Program-made: the position numbers and the translations under genes
The notes under the pieces: generated by a model
Told to the model about the DNA's origin: nothing
What the model saw: the letters and a program-made list of their open reading frames with translations, nothing else
The model's database searches: none
Virus record (IMG/VR): IMGVR_UViG_3300039008_000120
Location: 1-64,000 of that record
From: a virus
Reading direction: 5' to 3' (one strand)
DNA length: 64,000 nucleotides
Part shown: one piece after another, positions 1-9,143 of the stretch
Layout: the number at the start of each line of letters is the position of its first letter
Position numbering within the stretch: position 1 is the first letter of the stretch

Positions 1-270
<270 letters not shown>

Positions 271-271
271 A

Positions 272-439
272 ATGTCAATTGAATATAAAATAAATAAAAA
301 CAATATCTCCGTAAAACTAAGCGGTATGGTGGTTGGACATATCAAACCGGTTCTAGGTGGTTATCAATACTTTCCCAAGGGTTCAAAAACAGGGGGAGAA
401 ATATATAAAACAATTGAAAAAGTTAAAAAAACATTATAA
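272..439 (+). CDS. small hypothetical protein (55 aa)
   Basis: ATG at 272 lies 2 nt after the previous stop. Open frame MSIEYKINKNN...KVKKTL ends at TAA 437-439. Below the track length cutoff. Confidence 0.4.
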   Translation: MSIEYKINKNNISVKLSGMVVGHIKPVLGGYQYFPKGSKTGGEIYKTIEKVKKTL

Positions 440-446
440 AAATTCA

Positions 447-475
447 TTGACAGATTGAAGGTGTATTGATATTCT
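447..475 (+). promoter_or_regulatory. sigma70-like promoter (TTGACA-N17-TATTCT)
   Basis: TTGACA at 447-452, exact 17-nt spacer, TATTCT at 470-475. It lies 39 nt upstream of the 514 ATG. Confidence 0.6.
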
Positions 476-513
476 TAACTTAACTTAAAATTTTAAATTA
501 TGGATATCAAAAA

Positions 514-948
514 ATGACAACATTAAACGAACTACAAAACAAGGCTATCTCAACACTAGGGAAATCTATAGTTTCAGCTAATATTATCAAGGTTGGTGAT
601 ACTGATTTTGATAATATTAAACTGTTGGATGGGATAAATCTTTCATATTACTATAGGTTGACTAAGGCTATAAGAAACTATAGTATTTGGACTGAGTCGA
701 ATCACATTGAAAATCTTGTAATAAACGTTTCAAATGTAAGTGATTTTGAATTTAAAATAGTTGAGGGAATACCTGTATTGAGTATTGGTAATAACCTCAA
801 ACATGTTATCATTCGAAATCTACAAATAACAACAAACAGTCAGGATAATTTCTATAACAAACAAAACGATGCATGGTGTAACATGTGTCGTTCTGAAAAA
901 TGCGAACACATAATGTCAACTTTTATAAAAATTGCAAGTCAAAATTAA
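514..948 (+). CDS. hypothetical protein
   Basis: 144-aa track ORF downstream of a consensus-like promoter. No family recognised. Confidence 0.6.
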   Translation: MTTLNELQNKAISTLGKSIVSANIIKVGDTDFDNIKLLDGINLSYYYRLTKAIRNYSIWTESNHIENLVINVSNVSDFEFKIVEGIPVLSIGNNLKHVIIRNLQITTNSQDNFYNKQNDAWCNMCRSEKCEHIMSTFIKIASQN

Positions 949-960
949 AAAGGAAAAAAC

Positions 961-1245
961 ATGAAAACAATGACAGAAATTGACAAAGTTACAGCAAGAT
1001 TACATTATCCCGAAATATTCAATAAATCTGCATTGATTAATCCCGGTGTGATAACTGCATATAATGCCTTCCAAAAACACCGTGAACTATTACCCGAAGA
1101 ATATCGGGAATATTTCAACCCCAATTATGAGTTTGACAACCCTGCACTAGATGAATGTTGGGTACTAACAGTAAAAAAAGATTTATTTGTATTTGGTGAT
1201 GGTGATCTCACATGCTCTAATAATTTATACATATTAGAAATGTGA
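961..1245 (+). CDS. hypothetical protein
   Basis: 94-aa track ORF, tightly packed, RBS AAAGGAAAA upstream. Ends in TGA. Confidence 0.6.
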   Translation: MKTMTEIDKVTARLHYPEIFNKSALINPGVITAYNAFQKHRELLPEEYREYFNPNYEFDNPALDECWVLTVKKDLFVFGDGDLTCSNNLYILEM

Positions 1246-1255
1246 GGTTTTAAAA

Positions 1256-1687
1256 ATGATTGTAAATTATGCAGATAAAAATAAAAAATGGTGCACAGGG
1301 GCTATATCTAAAATTGAAAAACTATTACGATTCTATAAAGATAGCACTGGGAACATGGATGTTGAAATCAACATTGTAAAGACTAAATATGATATACATG
1401 GTTATATATTTTTTAGTAATCAAGATGGGTTTGAGTGTAAATTCACAATACACTATACTAAACTAACAACAAAGAATATAACTCCAAACCCAGCAATTAA
1501 TATAAAGCTTCATCGTTTATCACTCACGGGTGTAAATAGTCCTAACAGTAGGGAAATAGTTATCAAAGTACTTGATATAATAGAAAAAAACTACCCCGGA
1601 AAAATTACGTTTGATTTAAGCCTAACAGACCTATGTATTTTTCCAGAATTTAAACAGTATGTTACAGATGTTGAATATCATATATAA
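1256..1687 (+). CDS. hypothetical protein
   Basis: 143-aa track ORF followed by a hairpin terminator. Confidence 0.6.
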   Translation: MIVNYADKNKKWCTGAISKIEKLLRFYKDSTGNMDVEINIVKTKYDIHGYIFFSNQDGFECKFTIHYTKLTTKNITPNPAINIKLHRLSLTGVNSPNSREIVIKVLDIIEKNYPGKITFDLSLTDLCIFPEFKQYVTDVEYHI

Positions 1688-1696
1688 ATAAACTCA

Positions 1697-1723
1697 AGGC
1701 CACATTAAGTTTATATGTGGCCT
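1697..1723. terminator. bidirectional hairpin terminator between convergent genes
   Basis: 9-bp stem AGGCCACAT/ATGTGGCCT with a 9-nt loop, between the ends of 1256..1687(+) and 1747..1968(-). Confidence 0.7.
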
Positions 1724-1746
1724 CATGCTAATCATACAATATGATG

Positions 1747-1968
1747 TTACAGTAAATCCAGTGTTTTCTTATACTGATCCTCATATTGATATTTTCCCCA
1801 AGATTGACCAACTAACCTAAAGCCACCATTGTTTCCAATCAACCGCTTACATTTAGTTGTTTTTTTACAATTTGGGCAATCATGCTCAGTAAATGCATTA
1901 TCTTTCATTGGGTGTTCTATCTCATATACTGCTTTACAATCCTGACATTCATAATCATATATAGTCAT
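1747..1968 (-). CDS. FmdB-family (CxxC_CxxC_SSSS) zinc-ribbon protein
   Basis: 73 aa. MTIYDYECQDC...EHDCPNCKK matches the Y-x-Y-x-C-x-x-C ... C-P-x-C pattern of FmdB-type regulators. RBS GAGGT. Confidence 0.6.
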   Translation of the reverse strand: MTIYDYECQDCKAVYEIEHPMKDNAFTEHDCPNCKKTTKCKRLIGNNGGFRLVGQSWGKYQYEDQYKKTLDLL

Positions 1969-2154
1969 TTTACTACCTCTATTTATTAATATAAGTTATG
2001 TTTGTAAATATAAAAATTACTCATATAAGTAATATTACTATTTTTACATTAATATTGAGTATATTAATTCTATGAATGTTTTTTATATTTTTTCTCTATA
2101 GTAAAATATGAACATAAATTATATACTATTTATCGAAATTAGTTCACAAATGTT

Positions 2155-2204
2155 ATCTGTTAAATTGTAAGCTCTGTTAAATTATAATACTCCCTCTGTT
2201 AAAC
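2155..2204 (-). promoter_or_regulatory. three closely spaced copies of the (A/G)TTTAACAGA motif
   Basis: Minus-strand AATTTAACAGAT (2165..2155), ATTTAACAGAG (2182..2173) and AGTTTAACAGAG (2204..2195). The second copy is followed by N3-TACAAT. Confidence 0.35.
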
Positions 2205-2211
2205 TGCAAAA

Positions 2212-2247
2212 GGGATAATGATAACCGCCAGTTTGATATCATTACCC
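2212..2247. other. imperfect 11-bp hairpin in a long intergenic region
   Basis: GGG(A)TAATGATA ... TATCATTACCC with a 13-nt loop. Confidence 0.4.
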
Positions 2248-2302
2248 CAAATGCATTTATATTAAGCCACTCAAAAAAGTAGAAGAACCCTAGTTTTTAG
2301 GT

Positions 2303-2363
2303 GGGTTGCTGTGGGTTTAAATGAGACATTACAGTCCAAAAGGTATAATAACCACAGCAACCC
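2303..2363. other. perfect 12-bp GC-rich stem with a 37-nt loop (structured RNA or terminator candidate)
   Basis: GGGTTGCTGTGG (2303-2314) pairs with CCACAGCAACCC (2352-2363). It sits just downstream of the 2384 gene end. Confidence 0.4.
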
Positions 2364-2383
2364 TTTAGTAGACACTTACACAC

Positions 2384-2593
2384 TTACATTGACACTAAAG
2401 AAGATAGCAGTTTGTATATTTCCGGGTTACAATTATCATTACGCTTCTTTAAATTCTTATGTAACCACTTAATGTTTTTTCCTTGGATCGTCACCTCTTT
2501 GCGGAAAGATGGTAAATCCAGTTTTTTTTCTTGCTTAAGAAGTTCATTTAACCTAGTAATCACAGACTCTTTGTACCCGGAATTTGTTGCCAT
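2384..2593 (-). CDS. hypothetical protein (69 aa)
   Basis: Track ORF 2384..2647 trimmed to the ATG at 2593, which has a strong GGAGG RBS (MATNSGYKES...). Confidence 0.6.
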   Translation of the reverse strand: MATNSGYKESVITRLNELLKQEKKLDLPSFRKEVTIQGKNIKWLHKNLKKRNDNCNPEIYKLLSSLVSM

Positions 2594-2651
2594 TTTTTCT
2601 TCTTTTCCTCCCCCACTAATTGTCAATGTTATGTGTTTCAAAAACAATTAT

Positions 2652-2680
2652 ACTATACTGCATTATGTTATATAAGTCAA
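2652..2680 (-). promoter_or_regulatory. sigma70-like promoter (TTGACT-N17-TATAGT)
   Basis: Minus-strand TTGACT at 2680..2675, 17-nt spacer, TATAGT at 2657..2652, upstream of the 2593 start. Confidence 0.55.
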
Positions 2681-2682
2681 CA

Positions 2683-3021
2683 CTAATTATCATAAAAATA
2701 TAATTTTAATTTATTTACATCAAATTTGGTATTTTTTAATCTATTATATACATTATCCCGGTTCACCACTATCACCTTGGTATCAGATACATGAAATAAA
2801 AATATATTATCACCCTTATATATTTTATCACAAATATATAAATTTATATCCACGTCTGTTAAATTCAATATTTCAGTTTTCACTCTGTTAAATATATCAT
2901 CGTCAGTAAGGTTTTCTATATTTTCTTTGTTAGTTCTTGAAAATATTCTATTCTTTTTACATTCCCGTATAATTGCCTTATCAAGCTCTGGGATTGGTTT
3001 CTTTTTTACTCTTGTTGCCAT
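2683..3021 (-). CDS. hypothetical protein
   Basis: 112-aa track ORF. Contains two coding copies of the TTTAACAGA motif. Confidence 0.55.
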   Translation of the reverse strand: MATRVKKKPIPELDKAIIRECKKNRIFSRTNKENIENLTDDDIFNRVKTEILNLTDVDINLYICDKIYKGDNIFLFHVSDTKVIVVNRDNVYNRLKNTKFDVNKLKLYFYDN

Positions 3022-3025
3022 TTTT

Positions 3026-4051
3026 TTATACTCCCCGGTGTTGTGCTACATGATAACAATTTTCCTTAAGCAAAATTCCATCCTAATTCTATTGAAATAT
3101 TATATTCCTATTTTCATATATACAATATGGTCTCTAATCTATATGTTCATAATCATCTATACCAACTAATGTTTTTTTATCAGTACTATTTGATTTTATA
3201 TATCTGTTAAATCCATTATACCATTGTGTATCAACAGATAATCTAGTGCGATAAAATATATACTGTAAACTGGGACTATTATACATATTACACATTAAAT
3301 GACTAAATCCACAGTCTCCACCAATATATACATTACATAATTGTGTTGCAATGTCAACTATATCACTCTATTTATAATTATCATCTAATATATTTATCTT
3401 TTTATCAGTCACGGTTTGTATATCTGTTAAATCTGATTGATAATTATCTTTTTTGATAATATAAAATTCCTTTACTGTGGCAGGGGAGCTATTAATAATA
3501 TTAATAATCATATCATTATCAAAATTACGTTCAATGTGATATAATTTACCGCTCACCGGCAAAATCATACAATTGGTCTTACTACCTTCATATATATTAT
3601 TATATTGGGGTAACAATGGAACACATGGAAACATATTTTCTTTTAATGTCTAATTATGTACCCGATAAAACATGTTCACTCTCTAATTATGAAATCTAGG
3701 CCATAGTTGACTAACATTATAATCATTATATAAATTATTTTTAATATCAATTTTATCAGGATTATAAACATGTGGTGCATATAACAATAAATCGTCAATA
3801 TCAACTAAATTATATCTTACATCATTTTGATATATAAAATATAAATTATTCCATTTAAATTTATCTGGATATAATTTAATTAACTTTCATTTAATATTAT
3901 ATAGTAGTGTTGTTAAAATGCACTAATCGCCTAGTCTCATATATGTAAAAAAATAAGTACTAGTTGCAATCAAATAGTACTTATCGTTTTGTTCTATGAA
4001 CCTACACTTTTCAACATCTGTTAAATTGATATTGTCAAGTAATTTATCCAT
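3026..4051 (-). pseudogene. paralogue of 4414..5496, with 7 in-frame TAG and one in-frame TGA (readthrough gene or decaying copy)
   Basis: One frame runs from the ATG at 4051 to TAA at 3026-3028 and includes track ORF 3368..3634. TAG at 3923, 3683, 3650, 3368, 3134, 3089 and 3083. TGA at 3887-3889. Aligns to 4414..5496 across KLYPDKF/CKYPDRF and GGDCGFSH/SGDCGLTH. Confidence 0.5.
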
Positions 4052-4395
4052 TATTTATTAGCTTTAAATAACATTTCGTCAATCTTCTTTAATTCTGCCT
4101 CGCAACTTTCTTTATCAGCGAAAAACCAGTATAATTTTAAATTATTATTAACTGACACAAACACAATGGCAGGGAACTTACCAAGTAATGGATGTATTGA
4201 ACTTGTATGATTACCTTGGTTAATTTGCTCATGCATAAAATGTGATGATGATGTATCGTTTTGATTATTATCAATCGGTACATCGTGAACAATATCATAT
4301 GTTAAAATATGATCAATGTTAATTGGTCTGTTTATAAACATTGTGTCTTCATTACAAATAATTAACTTACTAGGACATAACCACATTATTTTCAC
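4051..4395 (-). CDS. hypothetical protein
   Basis: 114-aa track ORF. Its TAA stop overlaps the next ATG by 1 nt. Confidence 0.55.
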   Translation of the reverse strand: MKIMWLCPSKLIICNEDTMFINRPINIDHILTYDIVHDVPIDNNQNDTSSSHFMHEQINQGNHTSSIHPLLGKFPAIVFVSVNNNLKLYWFFADKESCEAELKKIDEMLFKANK

Positions 4396-4413
4396 CTATA
4401 TATTTTTATTTAA

Positions 4414-5496
4414 TTAATTATTTTTTTGATATGGATTATATGGTTTAAAGTCTATTAATCCAAACTCGTTTTTATTATCAAATGCAAACCTATCAAAATG
4501 GTTTAATGTTTTTTTCATATCAAAATCTTTCGTGCGATAACGAATATCCATATCAGGTCTATAATCAGGATGAATCATTGATATAAAGTGAGTTAAACCA
4601 CAGTCTCCACTTATAAACTTACCACCTTTTGACATGATCTCTAAAAACAAGTGTGACCAATTATAATGCTGGCTAAGTATTTTAAATCTATACTTACATA
4701 TACGATTTAAATCCATAAGATCTATATCTGTTAAATCTTTTATTATTAATGTTACTGTATCATCTGGTTCATTATTAATAATATCTGCTATTTCGTTCAA
4801 TGTCATGTTGCGTTCACAATTATATTCTTTCTCCATAACTGGATAAAAGTATGTATTCTTTCTACCATTAGACGCTATCGCAAAGTGTCTTGGATCAACA
4901 ACGCCATAATCAAATCGATTATCAATATTAAGCTGTATACCATTTTTTTCTAAATAATACTTAAAACTCCAAATGTTACCACCACTTAATATTTGTTTAA
5001 CGTTATTTATATTAATATTATCAATATTGGCAGGATTATTATCATCTACAAATCTATTGATTGTGGTATTATAATAATCTTTCCATATATAAGGAAAAAA
5101 ACTTAAGAATACTGGCAGGGATCGAACAAGAACATCACCATGATTAGATCTATTTAAGATAAAGTATAAATTTTCACGATTAAATCTATCTGGATATTTA
5201 CATATCAATTCATTTTTTAAGAAATACAATAAACAACTTGTCATTGTTAAATCACCAACTCTCATCGGTGAACCCATCCAATCAGTATCTACAAATAGAT
5301 ATTCTATACCATCTTTCTTATATGTTGATATATTAAAATCAGGTGTTAATTTTTTAAACATATCTTTAGTTGAATTAAATGCATCTTGATTACCATGTAC
5401 ATACTCAATACCATCATTATTTATAACTAAATACCCATATTTACTTACTATATCTACCATTACTAAAGCTCCGTCAGTTATATTAGTTACACCCAA
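4414..5496 (-). CDS. hypothetical protein (GDCG-motif paralogue family)
   Basis: 360-aa track ORF with no TAG. Paralogous to 3026..4051. Confidence 0.65.
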   Translation of the reverse strand: MGVTNITDGALVMVDIVSKYGYLVINNDGIEYVHGNQDAFNSTKDMFKKLTPDFNISTYKKDGIEYLFVDTDWMGSPMRVGDLTMTSCLLYFLKNELICKYPDRFNRENLYFILNRSNHGDVLVRSLPVFLSFFPYIWKDYYNTTINRFVDDNNPANIDNININNVKQILSGGNIWSFKYYLEKNGIQLNIDNRFDYGVVDPRHFAIASNGRKNTYFYPVMEKEYNCERNMTLNEIADIINNEPDDTVTLIIKDLTDIDLMDLNRICKYRFKILSQHYNWSHLFLEIMSKGGKFISGDCGLTHFISMIHPDYRPDMDIRYRTKDFDMKKTLNHFDRFAFDNKNEFGLIDFKPYNPYQKNN

Positions 5497-6245
5497 AAAA
5501 GATCCAATACTTTATCAAAAGTATAATCTTCAACAACTTTGTTTATCTCATGAAGAAACTCCCACCTAATATTAAATTTATCAACTATACTACTATAACC
5601 TTTTCTTGTTATAATATTTAATTCAGTGTCATTAAACTTTAATACTAAATCATTATGCTTTACACTTACATATTGTTTCAATTCTTTTTGTAAATATGTA
5701 TAAAATTTTTTATCATTAATTATCTGTTTATCTAATGGAATTGTAATAAATGGGTTAAATTGTAACATCTCCCCAAACGCAAATTCATATAATTCAGTGA
5801 TTAGGTGACTAACTGTTAAACCTTTTTCCAACTCCACACCAAGATATATTGTACCATCACTATGAATAATAATCAAGTCATCTGGAACAACACTGTTAAA
5901 TCCTTTCAATGACGAAACTAATGCGTAAAAATAATAAATATCACTTGAATGACATTTCATAATATCTTCAGTTACACCTGAATAATATTTATTAATTATA
6001 CTATCTATTTCTTCTTTATTCATCAACTTAAAACATTTTTTATATATTTTCATTGACACTTTTAGATATAATATGTTATTATTCACTTTGTCTATATATA
6101 ATTTATCACTTACACCATATAACTTAATTGTTTCATATAATTGTGTGTGATTAAACTCATCGTCGTTTGATGTGATATTAGTGTATTTTTTTATTCTTTC
6201 ATCTTCAAGTTTTATAACATTTGTTTCATATGTATTGATTTCCAT
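5487..6245 (-). CDS. hypothetical protein
   Basis: 252-aa track ORF. RBS AAGGAG 8 nt upstream of the ATG. Confidence 0.65.
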   Translation of the reverse strand: MEINTYETNVIKLEDERIKKYTNITSNDDEFNHTQLYETIKLYGVSDKLYIDKVNNNILYLKVSMKIYKKCFKLMNKEEIDSIINKYYSGVTEDIMKCHSSDIYYFYALVSSLKGFNSVVPDDLIIIHSDGTIYLGVELEKGLTVSHLITELYEFAFGEMLQFNPFITIPLDKQIINDKKFYTYLQKELKQYVSVKHNDLVLKFNDTELNIITRKGYSSIVDKFNIRWEFLHEINKVVEDYTFDKVLDLFWV

Positions 6246-6283
6246 TGTTAAATCTCCTTACTTTTTTTCACTTTCTTTATACT

Positions 6284-6294
6284 ATCTGTTAAAT
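6284..6294 (-). promoter_or_regulatory. ATTTAACAGAT motif followed by N3-TATAAA
   Basis: Minus-strand GATTTAACAGATAGTATAAAG lies about 40 nt upstream of the 6245 ATG. Confidence 0.35.
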
Positions 6295-6398
6295 CGCTAA
6301 AATACAAGGACTTTATGGTGCTATTACTATGATACATTAAAATGTTTATTATCTCCTTGTATCTTTCTTGTTTGAAACTATTTTAAACTAATTATTAC

Positions 6399-6409
6399 AT
6401 CTGTTAAAC
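6399..6409 (-). promoter_or_regulatory. GTTTAACAGAT motif followed by N3-AATAAT
   Basis: Minus-strand GGTTTAACAGATGTAATAAT in the 415-nt intergenic region 6246-6661. Confidence 0.3.
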
Positions 6410-6661
6410 CTAAATTTTATATCAAAACATCGTAGATACCATCACGATATAAAAAAGGGGAAGGTCTGTTAAGGTCTTTTTTTATACAGCCAATCCCTAG
6501 AATATAACTCTTTTTCTCAGTAAATATATATTTCATAATATATGTTGATTCATAACTGGGTTAATATTTATACTTAATCCAACCAAAACAAAATCATTTC
6601 ATCTTCTGGAAATCTTATACCACTAATATCAATTCATTTGTCAAATTATTAAATATCCATG

Positions 6662-6886
6662 TCATTCATCACCCGGAGGAATTGAAACTTGAGGTGGATG
6701 AGGTGGTGGATGACCTAGACTTACTTCTGATGAGCTATTTATTTTATTTAAACATTTTTGCATGTTTCTCATATATCCTTCTGTCAACGGTGGCTTATTT
6801 GTTTTTTCTTTACCACTATTTTTAACTTTATTTATCTTATCTATTTTGGCTTTTATTGCTTTTAATAATTTTATTATTTTATTCAT
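6662..6886 (-). CDS. hypothetical basic protein with a Pro-rich C-terminus
   Basis: 74-aa track ORF with a K-rich N-terminus and a GHPPPHPPQVSIPPGDE tail. Ends in TGA. Confidence 0.45.
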   Translation of the reverse strand: MNKIIKLLKAIKAKIDKINKVKNSGKEKTNKPPLTEGYMRNMQKCLNKINSSSEVSLGHPPPHPPQVSIPPGDE

Positions 6887-7056
6887 TTAATTGATTCCAT
6901 TTTTAATATAACTATAAACAGTGTATATATCTATATACCACACTCATTAAAGAAAATCAATTCATTTTCACATAATATACCATCTATAATATATGATTAT
7001 ATTTAAAATAATATTTAATATACTAAGTGCAGTTGTTACATAGTGAAGCATTTTCA

Positions 7057-7437
7057 TTAACTTTCTTTTAACTCTTTAGCCATGTATTCGCATGCATCAT
7101 TTATTGTATTAAACACCCTTGCCCCCATAGCTTCCACAATGTTTTTTATTTCATTTATTTGTAGTCGTTCATCTTCTGTGAATTCTTTTCCATTATCTTT
7201 ATTATATATAACCAACAATGTATCGTAAATATCATATATATTTGATTCAACTAACTGTGCAATTTTATAATAAGTTATATTATTTGGGGAAATAACAAAA
7301 AACTGGAATCCAATACAATCTTCATCATATTCATTAACTAAAACACTTTTTGGAAAATGTTTATAACATGCCTCTTTAAATTCTTTATCATAGTCTAAAA
7401 CATTAAACCAACATTTTAAATATATATTATGTTTCAT
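7057..7437 (-). CDS. hypothetical protein
   Basis: 126-aa track ORF. Its start overlaps the stop of the upstream gene. Confidence 0.6.
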   Translation of the reverse strand: MKHNIYLKCWFNVLDYDKEFKEACYKHFPKSVLVNEYDEDCIGFQFFVISPNNITYYKIAQLVESNIYDIYDTLLVIYNKDNGKEFTEDERLQINEIKNIVEAMGARVFNTINDACEYMAKELKES

Positions 7438-8078
7438 TATATTACCCCTTTAATATTATTTTTATATATTTTTTCACATATAGTGTTGATTTCATTTAAT
7501 GATGGGAAATAATTAATATTATACAAATTTTTAACTGGAATATAATAATGATGATATTTAGTACAAATCCCTATTTCATATCTTGGTTCATTTACATAAA
7601 CTTCACGAATTTCAACATTTTCTAAAATACCACATTTAAATGTTTTACTTAGTTTATTTGGGTTTTTATATGTTACTAATACTTCAACAGGATTTTTTTT
7701 ATTTCTTAATAATCTATCTAAATGATTATGTAGTTGTCTAAGTACGCTAGATGGTATTGTGTCCCCCGGTATACATGTATATTTATTTAATTGAGATACC
7801 AGTCTAACATTAAGTGCAAATTTATCATTTCTATATGTTTCGTTTTTTTCAATCTCATAAAGTAAATCACTCCAGTTGATTATTGTTCTATGATCATCTG
7901 AGAAAAACCTTCTAATTTTTTTAAATTTACCTTTAATTTTGTGTTTATGTATGTAGTGTTCAATATCACTTATAAAACGAAAATGTTGAAAACCAAAAAT
8001 ATCTTCTATATCTAAATTATCATCTATTGTAAATATATACTTACTTAATTCAGGTTTATCTGAAATAACATATCGCAT
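7437..8078 (-). CDS. hypothetical protein
   Basis: 213-aa track ORF, contiguous with its neighbours. Confidence 0.6.
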   Translation of the reverse strand: MRYVISDKPELSKYIFTIDDNLDIEDIFGFQHFRFISDIEHYIHKHKIKGKFKKIRRFFSDDHRTIINWSDLLYEIEKNETYRNDKFALNVRLVSQLNKYTCIPGDTIPSSVLRQLHNHLDRLLRNKKNPVEVLVTYKNPNKLSKTFKCGILENVEIREVYVNEPRYEIGICTKYHHYYIPVKNLYNINYFPSLNEINTICEKIYKNNIKGVI

Positions 8079-8693
8079 TTATAGTTTATCCTTTTTATGA
8101 TTTATTTGATTATCTGGTGCAATAAATAGTATTTTGTCCTTAAATTTTTTATAATAAAACTTATCACATATATTTACATTAAACATATTATGCTTAACAA
8201 TGCTTTTGTTAAACATATATTCATTACAATGTTCTTCTATTATATGATTGAACTTCTTTGCACCTTCAATTTCAACAATAGTATCATTGGCTTCTATTAA
8301 TGGATATATAATTTCCCCTGTTCCATTATATAATATAAATATATACCCACCAATACTTTCATTTATATTTAGTGTTAAGTATATACTATTTTTTATTATT
8401 TCTACATCTACATTAAAATCATATGTTAAATATGTAATATTCATTTTATGAATGATAGGTGAAACTAGATGAATTAGGGTTAATATTTGTTCCTTCATTT
8501 CAATGTCATTAATATAATTCTGATGATCTCCAATTGTATCAATTGGTTTATACATACTTAAATAATAATTAATCTTATCTGTAAATAGTTTAGATATAAA
8601 CGATAAATCTGGTGATGGCACTGACCAACATAATTCTTTTTTATAACCAGTGAATATATCAACAATATTTAATATCTTTTGTTCAGTTGTCAT
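8079..8693 (-). CDS. hypothetical protein
   Basis: 204-aa track ORF, contiguous with its neighbours. Confidence 0.6.
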   Translation of the reverse strand: MTTEQKILNIVDIFTGYKKELCWSVPSPDLSFISKLFTDKINYYLSMYKPIDTIGDHQNYINDIEMKEQILTLIHLVSPIIHKMNITYLTYDFNVDVEIIKNSIYLTLNINESIGGYIFILYNGTGEIIYPLIEANDTIVEIEGAKKFNHIIEEHCNEYMFNKSIVKHNMFNVNICDKFYYKKFKDKILFIAPDNQINHKKDKL

Positions 8694-8998
8694 TATTCAT
8701 TACCTATTTTTAAATTATAACGTTCGTTTTTCATTATGTTTTGAGTAAGAACATGTAATTCTCCATCATCATCTATGGTTATAAAATCTCCAATTTCTAC
8801 AAGACAATCACCAGTTTTGTTGATTATGTACATATTAACTGCAAAACCGTTATGTTTTAAATAAACTTTATTGTCATTTACAGCTTTAACCATCCAAGCA
8901 GGTTCACTAATGTCAAAAGGATATTCATGATGATGATCCCACCTGAACACATCAATTTTTTTATCTTCTAATTCCATTTCATAATGTCCCATGTTCAC
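8693..8998 (-). CDS. hypothetical protein
   Basis: 101-aa track ORF, first gene of a minus-strand run. Confidence 0.6.
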   Translation of the reverse strand: MNMGHYEMELEDKKIDVFRWDHHHEYPFDISEPAWMVKAVNDNKVYLKHNGFAVNMYIINKTGDCLVEIGDFITIDDDGELHVLTQNIMKNERYNLKIGNE

Positions 8999-9066
8999 AC
9001 CTTTTTAAAATATTATATTACACAATATTATACTATTTTTATGATGTCAAATGATAATTGTGTTTA

Positions 9067-9095
9067 TTGACAGTTTTTATATTATATACTATACT
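9067..9095 (+). promoter_or_regulatory. sigma70-like promoter (TTGACA-N17-TATACT)
   Basis: TTGACA at 9067-9072, 17-nt spacer, TATACT at 9090-9095, upstream of the 9144 ATG. Confidence 0.6.
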
Positions 9096-9106
9096 CTGAT
9101 TTTACA

Positions 9107-9117
9107 ATCTGTTAAAT
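9107..9117 (-). promoter_or_regulatory. ATTTAACAGAT motif followed by N3-TAAAAT
   Basis: Minus-strand TATTTAACAGATTGTAAAAT, about 110 nt upstream of the 8998 start in a divergent intergenic region. Confidence 0.35.
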
Positions 9118-9143
9118 ATAAATGGGAGTTATTGGGGGTTATA

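Noticed and set aside
2270-2380. The GC-richer island with a 12-bp stem, and the 14030-14085 island, examined as possible tRNA genes (especially an amber suppressor).
   Set aside because: No cloverleaf could be drawn on either strand: no T-loop GTTCRA-type sequence, no 7-bp acceptor stem pairing the ends, and no anticodon-arm geometry.
4414-5496. Considered as the SbcD/Mre11 (gp47-like) partner of the Rad50-like ATPase, because of the GNQD and NHGD strings.
   Set aside because: The order and spacing of the metallophosphoesterase motifs (DxH, GDxxD, GNHD/E, H, GH) are not reproduced, and the gene is 39 kb from the Rad50-like gene.
6418-6536. A 39-codon minus-strand ORF (MKYIFTEKKSYILGIG...) in the 415-nt intergenic region.
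   Set aside because: It has no RBS, overlaps two motif copies, and has no supporting context.
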